DNA from: a bacterium
Lineage (GTDB): Bacteria > UBA8248
Assembly: GCA_965221165.1 (NCBI GenBank)
Contig: CBDCRP010000003.1
Coordinates: 832,001 to 896,000 of the forward strand
Direction of reading: 5' to 3'
DNA length: 64,000 nt
The notes beneath the pieces were generated by a model. The model was not told the DNA's origin. It did no database searches and saw only the letters and a program-made list of their open reading frames with translations. Shown here one piece after another: positions 1 to 9,411 of this stretch. A program made the translations under genes and the position numbers. Numbering within the stretch: position 1 is the stretch's first letter; each line of letters opens with the position of its first letter.

Positions 1-2
1 TC

Positions 3-641
3 ATGGAAGGCTTGTTCCGGCTTGGGCGACACCAGATGTCGGACGTGGGCCGTGTGGTGATGGCGAGCGTCGTTCCTCCCCTGGGGCCGAATCTGGAAGA
101 CATGGCGAAACGCTATTTCGGCGTCAAGCCACTGGTGGTCGGCCCGGGAATACGCACGGGAATCGCCATAAAATATGATAACCCACATGAGGTGGGAGCG
201 GACAGAATCGTCAACGCCGTCGCCGGCCACCACCTGTACGGGGGACCTTTGGTCATCGTCGATTTCGGGACGGCCATCACCTTCGATGCGATATCCGCCG
301 CGGGGGAATACCTGGGCGGCGCCATTTCGCCCGGCATGGGAATCGCCCTGGAGGCGCTCATCGACAAAACGGCCCGCCTTCCCAGGGTCGAAACCGCCGT
401 TCCGCCCTCGGTCATCGGAAAAAACACGGTCCACAGCATTCAATCCGGCATCGCTTATGGATATCGAGGCCTGGTGAAGGAAATCGTCGGGCGCATGAAA
501 AACGAACTAGGGGAAGATACGAAGGTGGTCGCAACCGGCGGACAGAGCCTGTCTTTCAGCGAAGAAGGAGGGGTATTCGACCTGATCAACCCCGATTTGA
601 CTCTTCTGGGTCTGCGCCTGATCGCCGAACGAAATCCATGA
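3..641 (+). CDS. coaX: Type III pantothenate kinase (5' end probably outside the window)
   Basis: SVVP, GADR, IVDFGTAITFD, GGAIxPG and VATGG motifs; the N-terminal DxGN motif is absent, so the gene is likely truncated by the window edge. Confidence 0.93.
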   Translation: MEGLFRLGRHQMSDVGRVVMASVVPPLGPNLEDMAKRYFGVKPLVVGPGIRTGIAIKYDNPHEVGADRIVNAVAGHHLYGGPLVIVDFGTAITFDAISAAGEYLGGAISPGMGIALEALIDKTARLPRVETAVPPSVIGKNTVHSIQSGIAYGYRGLVKEIVGRMKNELGEDTKVVATGGQSLSFSEEGGVFDLINPDLTLLGLRLIAERNP

Positions 642-694
642 GGGCCACGAGGTAGCGGCTCTCTCATCGAGCAGATGCCTCCGGCAAGACACCC

Positions 695-1054
695 CTACTG
701 AAACGCATTCCGGATAAGTTCTTTCGCCTTTGGTTTTTTCCCCGTCTCCGCCTCCAGTAACACCACATCGAAGCGGCATACGGAAGATTGCTCATGCGGG
801 TGCGTCAGCAGATAGTGCTGCGCGGCTTGCGCGATTCTGCGCTGTTTCTCGCGATTGATGGCCTCAGCCCCGCTGAGGGACTTGCCCGGCGCGCGGGTCT
901 TCACCTCGATGAACGAGAGAACACCGCCTTCGCGCGCGATGATATCCACCTCGTAGCGGGAACCGCGGTAGTTTCGCTCGATGATTTCATACCCACGGCG
1001 GCGCAGGAATTTCACGGCCACGTCTTCCCCGATTTTTCCACTCTCGCGGCTCAT
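695..1054 (-). CDS. yraN: YraN/UPF0102 family endonuclease-like protein
   Basis: GE..A..FL...GY.I.ERN.R....EVDIIA, FIEVKTR and RFDVV motifs; start moved to ATG 1054 (MSRESG); lies directly downstream of rnhB. Confidence 0.9.
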   Translation of the reverse strand: MSRESGKIGEDVAVKFLRRRGYEIIERNYRGSRYEVDIIAREGGVLSFIEVKTRAPGKSLSGAEAINREKQRRIAQAAQHYLLTHPHEQSSVCRFDVVLLEAETGKKPKAKELIRNAFQ

Positions 1055-1061
1055 CGCGTCC

Positions 1062-1664
1062 TCACGCCCCGACCACCACAGGCACCCCCCGGAAAGTTCG
1101 CCGGTGAATGCGGCAGGGGCCATGAAGCTCAAGAGCAGCGAGATGATCCCGCGTGGGATAGCCCTTGTGCTTGCCGAATCCATAGCCCGGAAAACGCCCG
1201 TCCATCCGCGCCATCACCCGGTCCCGGTACACCTTGGCGACCACGCTCGCCGCGGCGATGCAGGCGCACCGCGAATCCCCTTTCACCAGCGGGGTTTGCG
1301 GCAACGAGACGGGAATCCTCTTGTTGCCGTCGATGAGTATGTGAGCGGGCGCGAGCCCAAGTCTCTCCACGGCGGTCGCCATCGCGCGAAGGGACGCCTG
1401 GAGGATGTTTATTCTTTCGATCTCGCGTGGTCCGGCCGCCGCCAGAGCGACGGCGCGCGCTTTGGCGAGAATCTCGGGCAACAGCGCTTCCCTGCGGCTT
1501 GGGGAGAGTTTTTTGCTGTCATCAAGGCCGGCGATCGGATTCTCCGGGTCCAGCACCACGGCGGCGGCCACTACCGGGCCCGCCAAGGGGCCGCGCCCCG
1601 CCTCGTCCACGCCTGCGACGATGGAGGCGCCTTCGCTCGCGAGATCAAGCTCGATGGAATACAT
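1062..1664 (-). CDS. rnhB: Ribonuclease HII
   Basis: GVDEAGRGPLAGPVVAAAV, DSKKL, DG, KGD and AAASVVAKV.RD motifs. Confidence 0.97.
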   Translation of the reverse strand: MYSIELDLASEGASIVAGVDEAGRGPLAGPVVAAAVVLDPENPIAGLDDSKKLSPSRREALLPEILAKARAVALAAAGPREIERINILQASLRAMATAVERLGLAPAHILIDGNKRIPVSLPQTPLVKGDSRCACIAAASVVAKVYRDRVMARMDGRFPGYGFGKHKGYPTRDHLAALELHGPCRIHRRTFRGVPVVVGA

Positions 1665-1819
1665 GAAAGACCATACGGGGCGGTGGATTTTCTTAATATA
1701 TCGATGAACCAGAGAGTTCTCAAGGGGTGATCACGCCATCCGGCTTGGGGGACGGGCAAAAATCTGAGAAGATGCGCATATCCATAAAATGCAAGAAAAT
1801 ACCGACCGGAGAAGACACG

Positions 1820-2809
1820 TTGGCAAAGAAAGATATTTTTCAAAAAGACCACCTCATCAATTCGCACGACGAAGGCATCAAGCTGCATTTAAGAGAGAAA
1901 AAACTGCGCGGAATGAAGAAGTCGGAAACGGCCAACGCGCTGCTCATGGTGCATGGGCAAAGCACCCCGTCGCCCGTCGCCTTCGACCTTCCGCTGCCCG
2001 GCTACTCATGGATGGATTTCGCCGCCGTCCGTGGTTTTCACGTCTACGCCCTTTGTATCCGGGGCTACGGACCCTCCACGCGGCCACCGGAAATGCTCAG
2101 GAGCGCCGCCGGTCAACCCCCGGCCGTACGGGGAATCACGGCGGTGCGCGACATCGACGCCGCCGTGCGATTCATCTGCGAGCAAAACGCCATTGGGAAG
2201 CTGAACCTTCTCGGCTGGTCGTGGGGCACGACGACCACGGCCGCCTTCACGGCCGGAAAACAGGCTCGCGTCCGCCGCCTCGCTCTCTACGCTCCGTTTT
2301 ACGCATACGACAATCCCCAGGCGGCGGCCCTCTGGGAAGACCCCGCGCGCCCCGGACACTGGAACCCTCGAAAAGGAGCGTGGCGCTGGGTCACGGAAGC
2401 CTACCAGCGCGAACGCTGGGACGGGAGCATTCCCAAGGGGCAGCACGCGAAGTGGAGAACCGAAAAGGCGATCAAACGCTTCTGGAGCGAACAACTCAAA
2501 TTCGACCCCGAGGGCGCCCGCAGAAAAACACCCGCCGTCCGCGTGCCCAACGGCGCGATGGCGGATGGCTACGACCGCGCGCGCAACAAGCCGCTTTACG
2601 ATGCAAGCAGAATCACCTGTCCGGTCCTGACCATCCGGGGGGATCACGACAGGAGCTCGACCGACCCCATCTTCGCCGCCGTCTATCGCGCGATGGTCAA
2701 CAGCCGCGGGAAGCGCTCGGTCGTCCTGGGCGACGCCACGCATTTCGCCCAGTACGAATGGTGCCGCGAGGCCTTATACAAAGAGGTGCAGAATTTTATA
2801 GAAGGTTGA
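1820..2809 (+). CDS. Alpha/beta fold hydrolase
   Basis: HG oxyanion motif, RGYGPS, GWSWG nucleophile elbow, GDHD and ATHF candidate triad residues; TTG 1820 is the probable start (ORF track begins at 1727). Confidence 0.85.
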   Translation: MAKKDIFQKDHLINSHDEGIKLHLREKKLRGMKKSETANALLMVHGQSTPSPVAFDLPLPGYSWMDFAAVRGFHVYALCIRGYGPSTRPPEMLRSAAGQPPAVRGITAVRDIDAAVRFICEQNAIGKLNLLGWSWGTTTTAAFTAGKQARVRRLALYAPFYAYDNPQAAALWEDPARPGHWNPRKGAWRWVTEAYQRERWDGSIPKGQHAKWRTEKAIKRFWSEQLKFDPEGARRKTPAVRVPNGAMADGYDRARNKPLYDASRITCPVLTIRGDHDRSSTDPIFAAVYRAMVNSRGKRSVVLGDATHFAQYEWCREALYKEVQNFIEG

Positions 2810-2834
2810 GCGGGGATAGAAAACCAACAGCAAA

Positions 2835-2872
2835 AAGACCCGGGGCGATGTCCCGGGTCTTCTCTATTTTTG
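2835..2872 (+). terminator. Rho-independent terminator, possibly bidirectional
   Basis: AAGACCCGGG-loop-CCCGGGTCTT hairpin flanked by an A-run upstream and a T-rich tract downstream. Confidence 0.7.
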
Positions 2873-2948
2873 AAGTTGTCTCGTCCTATCTTCTGTGAAT
2901 GGTCTCCAGGTCGATCGAGCGGGCATCCGCAGTCATTGGACGAATCAC

Positions 2949-3050
2949 CTACCTGCTCGCGCCAAAAGCGCCGACTACATCGTGAGTGTTGAATGTCCCG
3001 CCGACTTCATGATGATTCGGCCCATAGAAAGAGCCGTTAATGTTTACATG
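2949..3050 (-). pseudogene. C-terminal remnant of a TbpB/HpuA-like beta-barrel surface lipoprotein
   Basis: Manual translation HVNINGSFYGPNHHEVGGTFNTHDVVGAFGASR*; no in-frame start codon before the upstream stop at 3093-3095. Confidence 0.65.
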
Positions 3051-3092
3051 GTAAAAAGTGGGAATAATTAAGCAAAGTTGACAAACATAAGT

Positions 3093-3608
3093 TCAATACT
3101 GAGCCCTCAAAAATCTAACACCAACCTTTTCACAAGCCTTCATTATTCTGTATTCATACTTTCCCAATTTTCCATCTCTATCATAGATAACCACAACAGG
3201 TTCCTTTCCCGTTAGAACAGAAAAGAAAACAGCCTGTTGCAAGCTATCGAGACTGCTTCTCTTATCTAAACCACCTTCATAAACAGAATCCGAAGTCTCA
3301 CAATCCACCTTCACATAACCCTTGGGATATTTATGCCGAGTCTCGGTAACACCACCAACGCTGGCGCAAAAGATTTTATTGTATTCGTCTTCACTCATTT
3401 TCTTTGTTTTTGATTTTACAGGTTGTTTAGGACTTCTTTCATCGGGAGAAAAACTAGGACTTCTATGGCAATGTCTTATTCCTGTTCTCCGATTATAATG
3501 ACAACCATCTGCGGCCAAACCACCACCATGCGCAAACGATAAATCGGGAATCGAAATTATAGCTACAACCAGAATTCCTAAAAAGAGTACGGTCGGGAAC
3601 CGTCCCAT
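3093..3608 (-). CDS. Secreted YHYH-domain protein with putative PD-(D/E)xK-like C-terminal domain
   Basis: Signal peptide ending SFA, then HGGGLAADGCHYNRRTGIRHCH; AT-rich relative to its flanks. Confidence 0.75.
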   Translation of the reverse strand: MGRFPTVLFLGILVVAIISIPDLSFAHGGGLAADGCHYNRRTGIRHCHRSPSFSPDERSPKQPVKSKTKKMSEDEYNKIFCASVGGVTETRHKYPKGYVKVDCETSDSVYEGGLDKRSSLDSLQQAVFFSVLTGKEPVVVIYDRDGKLGKYEYRIMKACEKVGVRFLRAQY

Positions 3609-3773
3609 CCCTTATACCCTCCTCGTAAGGGTAAAGTTCGAAACACCATGCGCCTTGAATTGGGTCTTGTTGCGGCTCTACATGGTGCCGGGAGAAATTA
3701 TGGTAGTGGGCTGAACAGCGATGGTCAAGCAAAAAATATCAAAGCCCTGAAGGGCGAGAAATTCCGTTGCGCT

Positions 3774-4121
3774 CTACCTTCTGCGCCGCTCTTTCACCTG
3801 GGCCGCCTTGCCCTTGCGGTCTCTCAGGTAGTAGAGCTTCGCTCGGCGCACCCGGCCTTTTCGGGTGACCTCTATCTTGTCGACTCTTGGGGAATGCACC
3901 GGGAAGATGCGCTCCACGCCGATTCCGTACGAGAGCTTGCGGACGCGGAACCTCTCGCGCAGCCCGCCGCCCTGCCTTCCGATGACGACACCCTCGAACA
4001 CCTGGATGCGCTCCTTGTCGCCCTCGACGATTTTCACGTGAACGCGCACCGTATCTCCCGGTTCGAATTCGGAAACGTCCTTGCGCATGCCCTCGCGCTC
4101 AATTTTGTCGATAATGTTCAC
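3774..4121 (-). CDS. rplS: 50S ribosomal protein L19
   Basis: [23 protein letters not shown] and [12 protein letters not shown] motifs. Confidence 0.98.
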   Translation of the reverse strand: MNIIDKIEREGMRKDVSEFEPGDTVRVHVKIVEGDKERIQVFEGVVIGRQGGGLRERFRVRKLSYGIGVERIFPVHSPRVDKIEVTRKGRVRRAKLYYLRDRKGKAAQVKERRRR

Positions 4122-4160
4122 CCGCCTGCTCCTTTTCCTCGAAATATCAGCAATGAACCA

Positions 4161-4733
4161 CTATACCCGTCTCTCGCCGAGAATGCGATCTACCACAATC
4201 GCCGCCGCACCGCGAACCGACAGATGGTTGAATCTCACATCCGCCTCCGCCCGTACCGGCAGCAAAACCACCTCGGACATCTCCAAAACCTCATCCGCCA
4301 GACCCCAACTCGTGCCGAACAAAATAATAAGCGGGGCGTCCATCCCTTTCATCTCGCCGCGCAGCGCTTCATATCCCACGGCGCGAGGGACTCGCCTGGC
4401 CGTCGTGGCCACACATCGCGGCCTTTTCGATTCCTTGCGCTCCACCTCCTCGACGAGCGCATCCAAAGACGGCAGAACTTCAAGGAATTCGAGCGTCTCT
4501 CCCCTTTGCGGATGCAACGCGCGGCCCGGACCCTCTACGAAATGCCCTACCACCCGCTCGACGAACGCCCGCTGGGGAGCAGAAGGGTGTACCACAAATA
4601 CGCCCGAGATGCCATAGGTTCGGCCCACGCGGGCGAGATCGTGCAAATCGAGGCTCGTGACCGAAGAGGTCACGACGACGCCGTCTCGATTGAGAACCGG
4701 GTAGTGAATCAGCGCGAGATAGACGTTCCCCAA
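4161..4733 (-). CDS. SPOUT-class RNA methyltransferase (TrmD-associated family)
   Basis: YLALIHYPV.N, T.LDLHDLAR..RTYG, LFGT.WGL and NHLSVR.AAAI..DR motifs; located between trmD and rplS. Confidence 0.88.
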   Translation of the reverse strand: MGNVYLALIHYPVLNRDGVVVTSSVTSLDLHDLARVGRTYGISGVFVVHPSAPQRAFVERVVGHFVEGPGRALHPQRGETLEFLEVLPSLDALVEEVERKESKRPRCVATTARRVPRAVGYEALRGEMKGMDAPLIILFGTSWGLADEVLEMSEVVLLPVRAEADVRFNHLSVRGAAAIVVDRILGERRV

Positions 4734-4748
4734 TACCCCTCAATCCTT

Positions 4749-5477
4749 TTACTTCCTGGAAGATTCCAGTAGGCGCAAATCTTCATCGCTCAATTCCGCC
4801 CGCTCGAACAGGTCCATTCGTCTTTCTCTCGTTCTTTTGAGAGCCTGGCGTCTCCTCCAGAGCCGAACCGCTTCATGATCGCCGGACAAAAGCACGTCCG
4901 GTGCGCGAATCCCCTCGCACTCCGCCGGCCGCGTGTAGTGTGGGTGATCGAGAAGCCCATCGGTGAAGCTGTCCTGCGCGGCGGAATCATCGTTGCCCAA
5001 TACGCCGGGGATGAGCCTGCCGACGGCGTCGATGACGGCCATGGCCGGAATCTCCCCTCCCGAGAGCACATAATCACCGATAGAGATTTCCTCATCCACG
5101 CACAATTCGCTCACCCTTTCATCCACGCCCTCGTACCGGCCGCAGATGAGGAGCAACCTGGGAACTTTAGAGAGCCGAAGGGCGGTCGTCTGGTCGAACA
5201 ACCTTCCCTGCGGAGTGAGCAACACCTTGAGCGGCTCGGACTCCCCATCCTCTCGAATCTCCCGAACGCCTTTGAGGACGGGTTCCGGCTTCATGACCAT
5301 GCCCGCTCCGCCGCCGAAGGGGGCGTCGTCGGTTTGCTGGTATTTTCCCTCGGCGAAATCCCGCAAATTCCAGACCTTGAGCTCCAGTAGGCCCTGCTGC
5401 GCCGCGCGCCCCACAACGCCCTCTCGAAACGCTTCGGCCACCATGCGAGGGAGTATGGAAAGAATGTCGATGCGCAT
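4749..5477 (-). CDS. trmD: tRNA (guanine-N1)-methyltransferase
   Basis: DD.PFGGGAGMVMKPEP, CGRYEGVDERV, SIGDYVLSGGE and PHYTRP motifs. Confidence 0.98.
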   Translation of the reverse strand: MRIDILSILPRMVAEAFREGVVGRAAQQGLLELKVWNLRDFAEGKYQQTDDAPFGGGAGMVMKPEPVLKGVREIREDGESEPLKVLLTPQGRLFDQTTALRLSKVPRLLLICGRYEGVDERVSELCVDEEISIGDYVLSGGEIPAMAVIDAVGRLIPGVLGNDDSAAQDSFTDGLLDHPHYTRPAECEGIRAPDVLLSGDHEAVRLWRRRQALKRTRERRMDLFERAELSDEDLRLLESSRK

Positions 5478-5486
5478 GAGAACTCC

Positions 5487-5993
5487 TCAATGCTCGTCAT
5501 CGAACTTAGGCGGACGAAAAATCCAGCGCCCATCTTCGCGCCTCAATACGACCTCGCGCGTCGCGGGCACGAGCAAATCCTCTCCCCCCGGCGTGCGTAT
5601 GGCAATGACGTCGTTTCCCCCGGCGCCGAACATGTCCACCACATGACCGAGAAGACGCCCCTCTTCGTCCAGGATTTCACAGCCCTCGAAATCCTCGAAA
5701 TAGAGAACCCCCTTCTCGGGACCATCCAGGAATTTTCTATCGGCCAGGAAAACTATCCCCCGCAGCGTCTCGGCGTCCTCGGGGGTGTCGGTTCCTTTGA
5801 GCTTCCAGACAACGGCTCCCTTGCCGCCCTGATGGCAGGCCTCTATCTCGAATCTTTTCGCAGGCTCATCCCGCGAGAACACCTCCAGGATTCGTCCATA
5901 AGCGTCGACGTCATCGAGCCAGGGTTCCACTCGAACTGCTCCCTTGAGACCATGGGGCCTAAGCGCAACGCCCACGGCCACCTTCTCGCTCAT
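5487..5993 (-). CDS. rimM: 16S rRNA processing protein RimM
   Basis: PHGLKG N-terminal motif, PRC-barrel (G.V.D...AGGNDV...LLVP); position between rpsP and trmD. Confidence 0.92.
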   Translation of the reverse strand: MSEKVAVGVALRPHGLKGAVRVEPWLDDVDAYGRILEVFSRDEPAKRFEIEACHQGGKGAVVWKLKGTDTPEDAETLRGIVFLADRKFLDGPEKGVLYFEDFEGCEILDEEGRLLGHVVDMFGAGGNDVIAIRTPGGEDLLVPATREVVLRREDGRWIFRPPKFDDEH

Positions 5994-6002
5994 GGGACGT
6001 CC

Positions 6003-6248
6003 CTAACCGTTGATTCCCGCCTTGTCGAGCAGATTCTTGACCGTCCGGGTCGGGATGGCGCCTTTGTCTATCCAAGCCTTGGCTTTCTCGAGGTCGATGC
6101 CGATGAAGGCGGGGTCTTGTGAGGGATCGTAGCGGCCGATGCTTTCGATGAAACGACCATCGCGCGGCATCCGCTCATCCTGGACGACGACGCGGTAGCG
6201 CGGCGCTTTCTTCATACCGCCCCGGGCAAGTCTGATTTTTACTGCCAA
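6003..6248 (-). CDS. rpsP: 30S ribosomal protein S16
   Basis: [34 protein letters not shown]. Confidence 0.98.
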   Translation of the reverse strand: MAVKIRLARGGMKKAPRYRVVVQDERMPRDGRFIESIGRYDPSQDPAFIGIDLEKAKAWIDKGAIPTRTVKNLLDKAGING

Positions 6249-6259
6249 AATATTTCTCC

Positions 6260-7594
6260 TTAATAATTAAGCATTTGACGCATTCTCTGCATCTGTTTTT
6301 TCTTCCCACCCTTGGAAAACTGCTTCATCAGCTTCTGTGTTTGCGAGAATTGCTTGAGCAGTCGATTCACGTCCTGCACTCGGGTTCCGCTCCCGGCGGC
6401 GATGCGCTTTCTACGGCTACCCTTGATGATTTCAGGCTTCATGCGCTCGGTGGGCGTCATCGAATCGATGATGGCCACCGTGTGTGAGAGCTCCTTCTCG
6501 TCGATATCCACGTCGGGCATCTTGTTTCCCAGACCCGGAATCATGGACATGACCTCGCCCATCGAACCCATCTTCCTCATCTGAAGAATCTGCTCTTTCA
6601 TCGTCACCAGGGTGAACGCCCCCTTCCCGAGGGATTCCACCATGGACTGCGCGTCATCGGCGGAGATGGCGGCCTCGGCCTTCTCGATGAGGGACATGAC
6701 GTCCCCCATGCCCAGAATGCGCGACGCCATTCTCTCGGGATGAAACTCCTCCAGCGCATCGAGTTTCTCGCCCACACCGACCAGCTTAACGGGCACGCCC
6801 GTCACCGCGCGCAGCGAAAGGGCGCCGCCGCCTCTGGCGTCCCCGTCGAGCTTCGTGAGCACGACGCCCGTAATCCCGATTCGCTCGGAAAACGCCTGGC
6901 CCAGGCCGACCGCCTCCTGGCCCGTCATGGCGTCCGCAACCAAAAGCACCTCCTCGGGCCGCGCCGCCTCCTTCATCCGCTTGAGTTCATCCATCAAAGA
7001 ATCATCGATGTGCAGCCTGCCCGCACTGTCAACGATACAATAATCAAAATGCTCGAGGCGTGCTCTTTCCATCGCTTGCCGCACGATCTCCAGGGGACTC
7101 GACATGCCTTCAGAATCGAATGAGTCGGCGCCGGTCTGCTCGGCCAGCCTCTTGAGTTGGGCGATGGCCGCCGGCCGCGCGACGTCCGCAGGCACGAGAA
7201 GAACGCGCAACCCCTTGCTTCTTAGTTTCAGGGCAATCTTGCCGGCCGTCGTCGTTTTCCCCGAGCCTTGGAGGCCGACGAGCATCACGGTGGTGACACC
7301 GCTCGCGACGCGCTCGAGCGGAGCGCTCTTGGCCCCCATGAGTTCCGTAAGACGCCCCTGGACCACCTTGATGACCTGCTGGGAAGGATCGAGGTGCGCG
7401 ACGCACTCGGCGCCGACCAGATCCTCACGAATTTTCGCCACCAAATCCTTGGCGACCCGAAAGTTCACGTCGGCTTCGAGCAACGCCAGGCGGATCTCGC
7501 GAAGCGCGGAATCGACCTGTTTTTCTCCCAAAACACCCCTGCTTCTCAAATCCCTGAAGATTCCGCCAAGGCGCTCTTTCAAGCCGTCAAACAT
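6260..7594 (-). CDS. ffh: Signal recognition particle protein Ffh
   Basis: [26 protein letters not shown] and C-terminal M domain; start set to MFDGL (ATG 7594). Confidence 0.97.
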   Translation of the reverse strand: MFDGLKERLGGIFRDLRSRGVLGEKQVDSALREIRLALLEADVNFRVAKDLVAKIREDLVGAECVAHLDPSQQVIKVVQGRLTELMGAKSAPLERVASGVTTVMLVGLQGSGKTTTAGKIALKLRSKGLRVLLVPADVARPAAIAQLKRLAEQTGADSFDSEGMSSPLEIVRQAMERARLEHFDYCIVDSAGRLHIDDSLMDELKRMKEAARPEEVLLVADAMTGQEAVGLGQAFSERIGITGVVLTKLDGDARGGGALSLRAVTGVPVKLVGVGEKLDALEEFHPERMASRILGMGDVMSLIEKAEAAISADDAQSMVESLGKGAFTLVTMKEQILQMRKMGSMGEVMSMIPGLGNKMPDVDIDEKELSHTVAIIDSMTPTERMKPEIIKGSRRKRIAAGSGTRVQDVNRLLKQFSQTQKLMKQFSKGGKKKQMQRMRQMLNY

Positions 7595-7780
7595 CGAACT
7601 CCCCAAATGATTGATATTCAATATGTTTCCGAGTTTCCACCCGCAAGCCCGAAAGAGGAAAACCAACTTATAAGGATTTTACACGGGAAGTGTCAACCGC
7701 GTATAGACCGCCCGGCACCTCGTCCAGGTCGGAAAAGAAAATAGCGCGGATGCAAAAGGCGTCCACCGCGCCTGAAGCGC

Positions 7781-8458
7781 TCAGCCGCCCCTGATGCCGC
7801 GTATGGCTTCCGCATAGTCTTTCGCCCCGAATACGGCCGAGCCCGCCACAAGCGCCTCCGCGCCCGCCGCGCGTATATCGGCTACATTTTGCGGAGTGAC
7901 GCCGCCGTCGACTTCTATCAGAACCGAGGAGCCTCCCGCTTCGATCATCTCCCTCAGGCGCCGTATCCGCTCCAAGGAAGCGGGGATGAACGCCTGGCCC
8001 CCAAAGCCTGGATTGACGCTCATGACGAGCACCATATCCACCTCAGGCAGCAAATTCTCGATTTGCGAAAGCGGCGTTCCGGGGTTGAGCGTCAGCCCCA
8101 CACCCAAGCCAAGCCCGCGTATCCTCTGGAGGGTTCGGTGAATGTGCCTGGGCGCCTCCACGTGAACCGTCAAGATGTCCGCGCCGGCATCCGCAAACGC
8201 TTCGATGTATCGATCCGGATCCGCGATCATCAGATGCACGTCTAGCACCATATCGGGAGCGGCTCTCCTGGCGGCCCGAACACCCAAAGGCCCCACCGAA
8301 ATGTTCGGCACAAAATGGCCATCCATCACGTCGAAATGCAGCCAGTCGGCTCCGGCTTCGCGCACCGCCCCTATCTCTTCGCCCATCTTCTCGAAAGAAC
8401 AGGACAACAAAGAGGGCGCGACCCGGATTTTTCCAGGCGACATATCCGGCTTGGGCAT
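7781..8458 (-). CDS. rpe: Ribulose-phosphate 3-epimerase
   Basis: APSLL, HFDVMDGHFVPN, DVHLM, MSVNPGFGGQ and VDGG motifs. Confidence 0.97.
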   Translation of the reverse strand: MPKPDMSPGKIRVAPSLLSCSFEKMGEEIGAVREAGADWLHFDVMDGHFVPNISVGPLGVRAARRAAPDMVLDVHLMIADPDRYIEAFADAGADILTVHVEAPRHIHRTLQRIRGLGLGVGLTLNPGTPLSQIENLLPEVDMVLVMSVNPGFGGQAFIPASLERIRRLREMIEAGGSSVLIEVDGGVTPQNVADIRAAGAEALVAGSAVFGAKDYAEAIRGIRGG

Positions 8459-8472
8459 ATTGGTTCCTCTCC

Positions 8473-9411
8473 CTAATGCTTTTGCTCTTCGACCAGACGG
8501 CCATCGAGAAATATACGCGCTCTCGCTCCGCCCTTCACCCGCACCAGCAAATGGATCTCCTCGCCCGCGCGCACCTCGCGGGAGATCTCCTCGCGCGTTT
8601 CGCCGTTCGATTCCATCTCCACGCGAAGTTCGCGCCTCGGCTTTCCGTGCGGCACGCGGTAGCGCAAGACGATGAAATTCCCCGCAATCTGGTCCGCGCC
8701 CCGCGCCACGTCCACATGCACGCGATGGCCCGCGAGGACGCGCCGCCCGTGCGGTGGTATTTGAGAAACGATGGAACCTCGCAGGGAACCGGGGCGATCC
8801 ACGTAGCGGACGCGCCCGACCTCCAGGCCGAGCGCGCGAACCCGGTCGAGGGCAGTGTTGACGGGTTCTCCAATCAGGGAAGGCATGACGTAGGCCCGCT
8901 CACGAGAACCCTGGCTGACGACGAGAACCACGCCTTCGCCTCGCCTGATGTTTTCACCCTCATTCGGCCAGACGCCCAAAACCTGGTCGATGGGTCGTTT
9001 GGGATCATACAACCGCTCCACCAGGCGAACACGAAGGCCTTCGAGGCGAATGAGAGTCTCCGCGCGACTCAGGTTCTTGCCCACCACCGTCGGCACCGCC
9101 ACATCCCGCGGACCTTTGCTGAGAACGAGCGATACGATTCTTCCCTCGCGGATGAGGCGTCCGCCGGGAGGATTCTGGCGCACTACGTGATTCATGGATA
9201 CCGCATCGCTGAACACGTGATCGCTAACCTGCATGGGTATTCCCTTCTCCCCCAGCAATTCCAGCGCGCGAACCACGTCGAGGCCCGCGACCTGGGGTAG
9301 GAAAATACCCTCTCCCCCCCTGAAGACGTAGAGGCCCACAGCACCTCCGACGCCGCCCAACGCGACGAGGAGCACAAACCAGAAAACGCCTTTCAGTATC
9401 CCTCTCAGCAA
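8473..9411 (-). CDS. Membrane-anchored PASTA-domain protein (three PASTA repeats)
   Basis: N-terminal TM segment; three repeats of P.V.G...A...L...G...V..Q.P..G..V...VS.G; typical rsmB-PASTA-rpe context. Confidence 0.85.
   Translation of the reverse strand: MLRGILKGVFWFVLLVALGGVGGAVGLYVFRGGEGIFLPQVAGLDVVRALELLGEKGIPMQVSDHVFSDAVSMNHVVRQNPPGGRLIREGRIVSLVLSKGPRDVAVPTVVGKNLSRAETLIRLEGLRVRLVERLYDPKRPIDQVLGVWPNEGENIRRGEGVVLVVSQGSRERAYVMPSLIGEPVNTALDRVRALGLEVGRVRYVDRPGSLRGSIVSQIPPHGRRVLAGHRVHVDVARGADQIAGNFIVLRYRVPHGKPRRELRVEMESNGETREEISREVRAGEEIHLLVRVKGGARARIFLDGRLVEEQKH

Noticed and set aside
3050-3770. AT-rich single genes as integron cassettes
   Set aside because: No RYYYAAC...GTTRRRY attC structure or integrase recognised
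5990-6005. No KH-domain (khpA) gene between rpsP and rimM
   Set aside because: Its absence is common in many lineages and not informative alone
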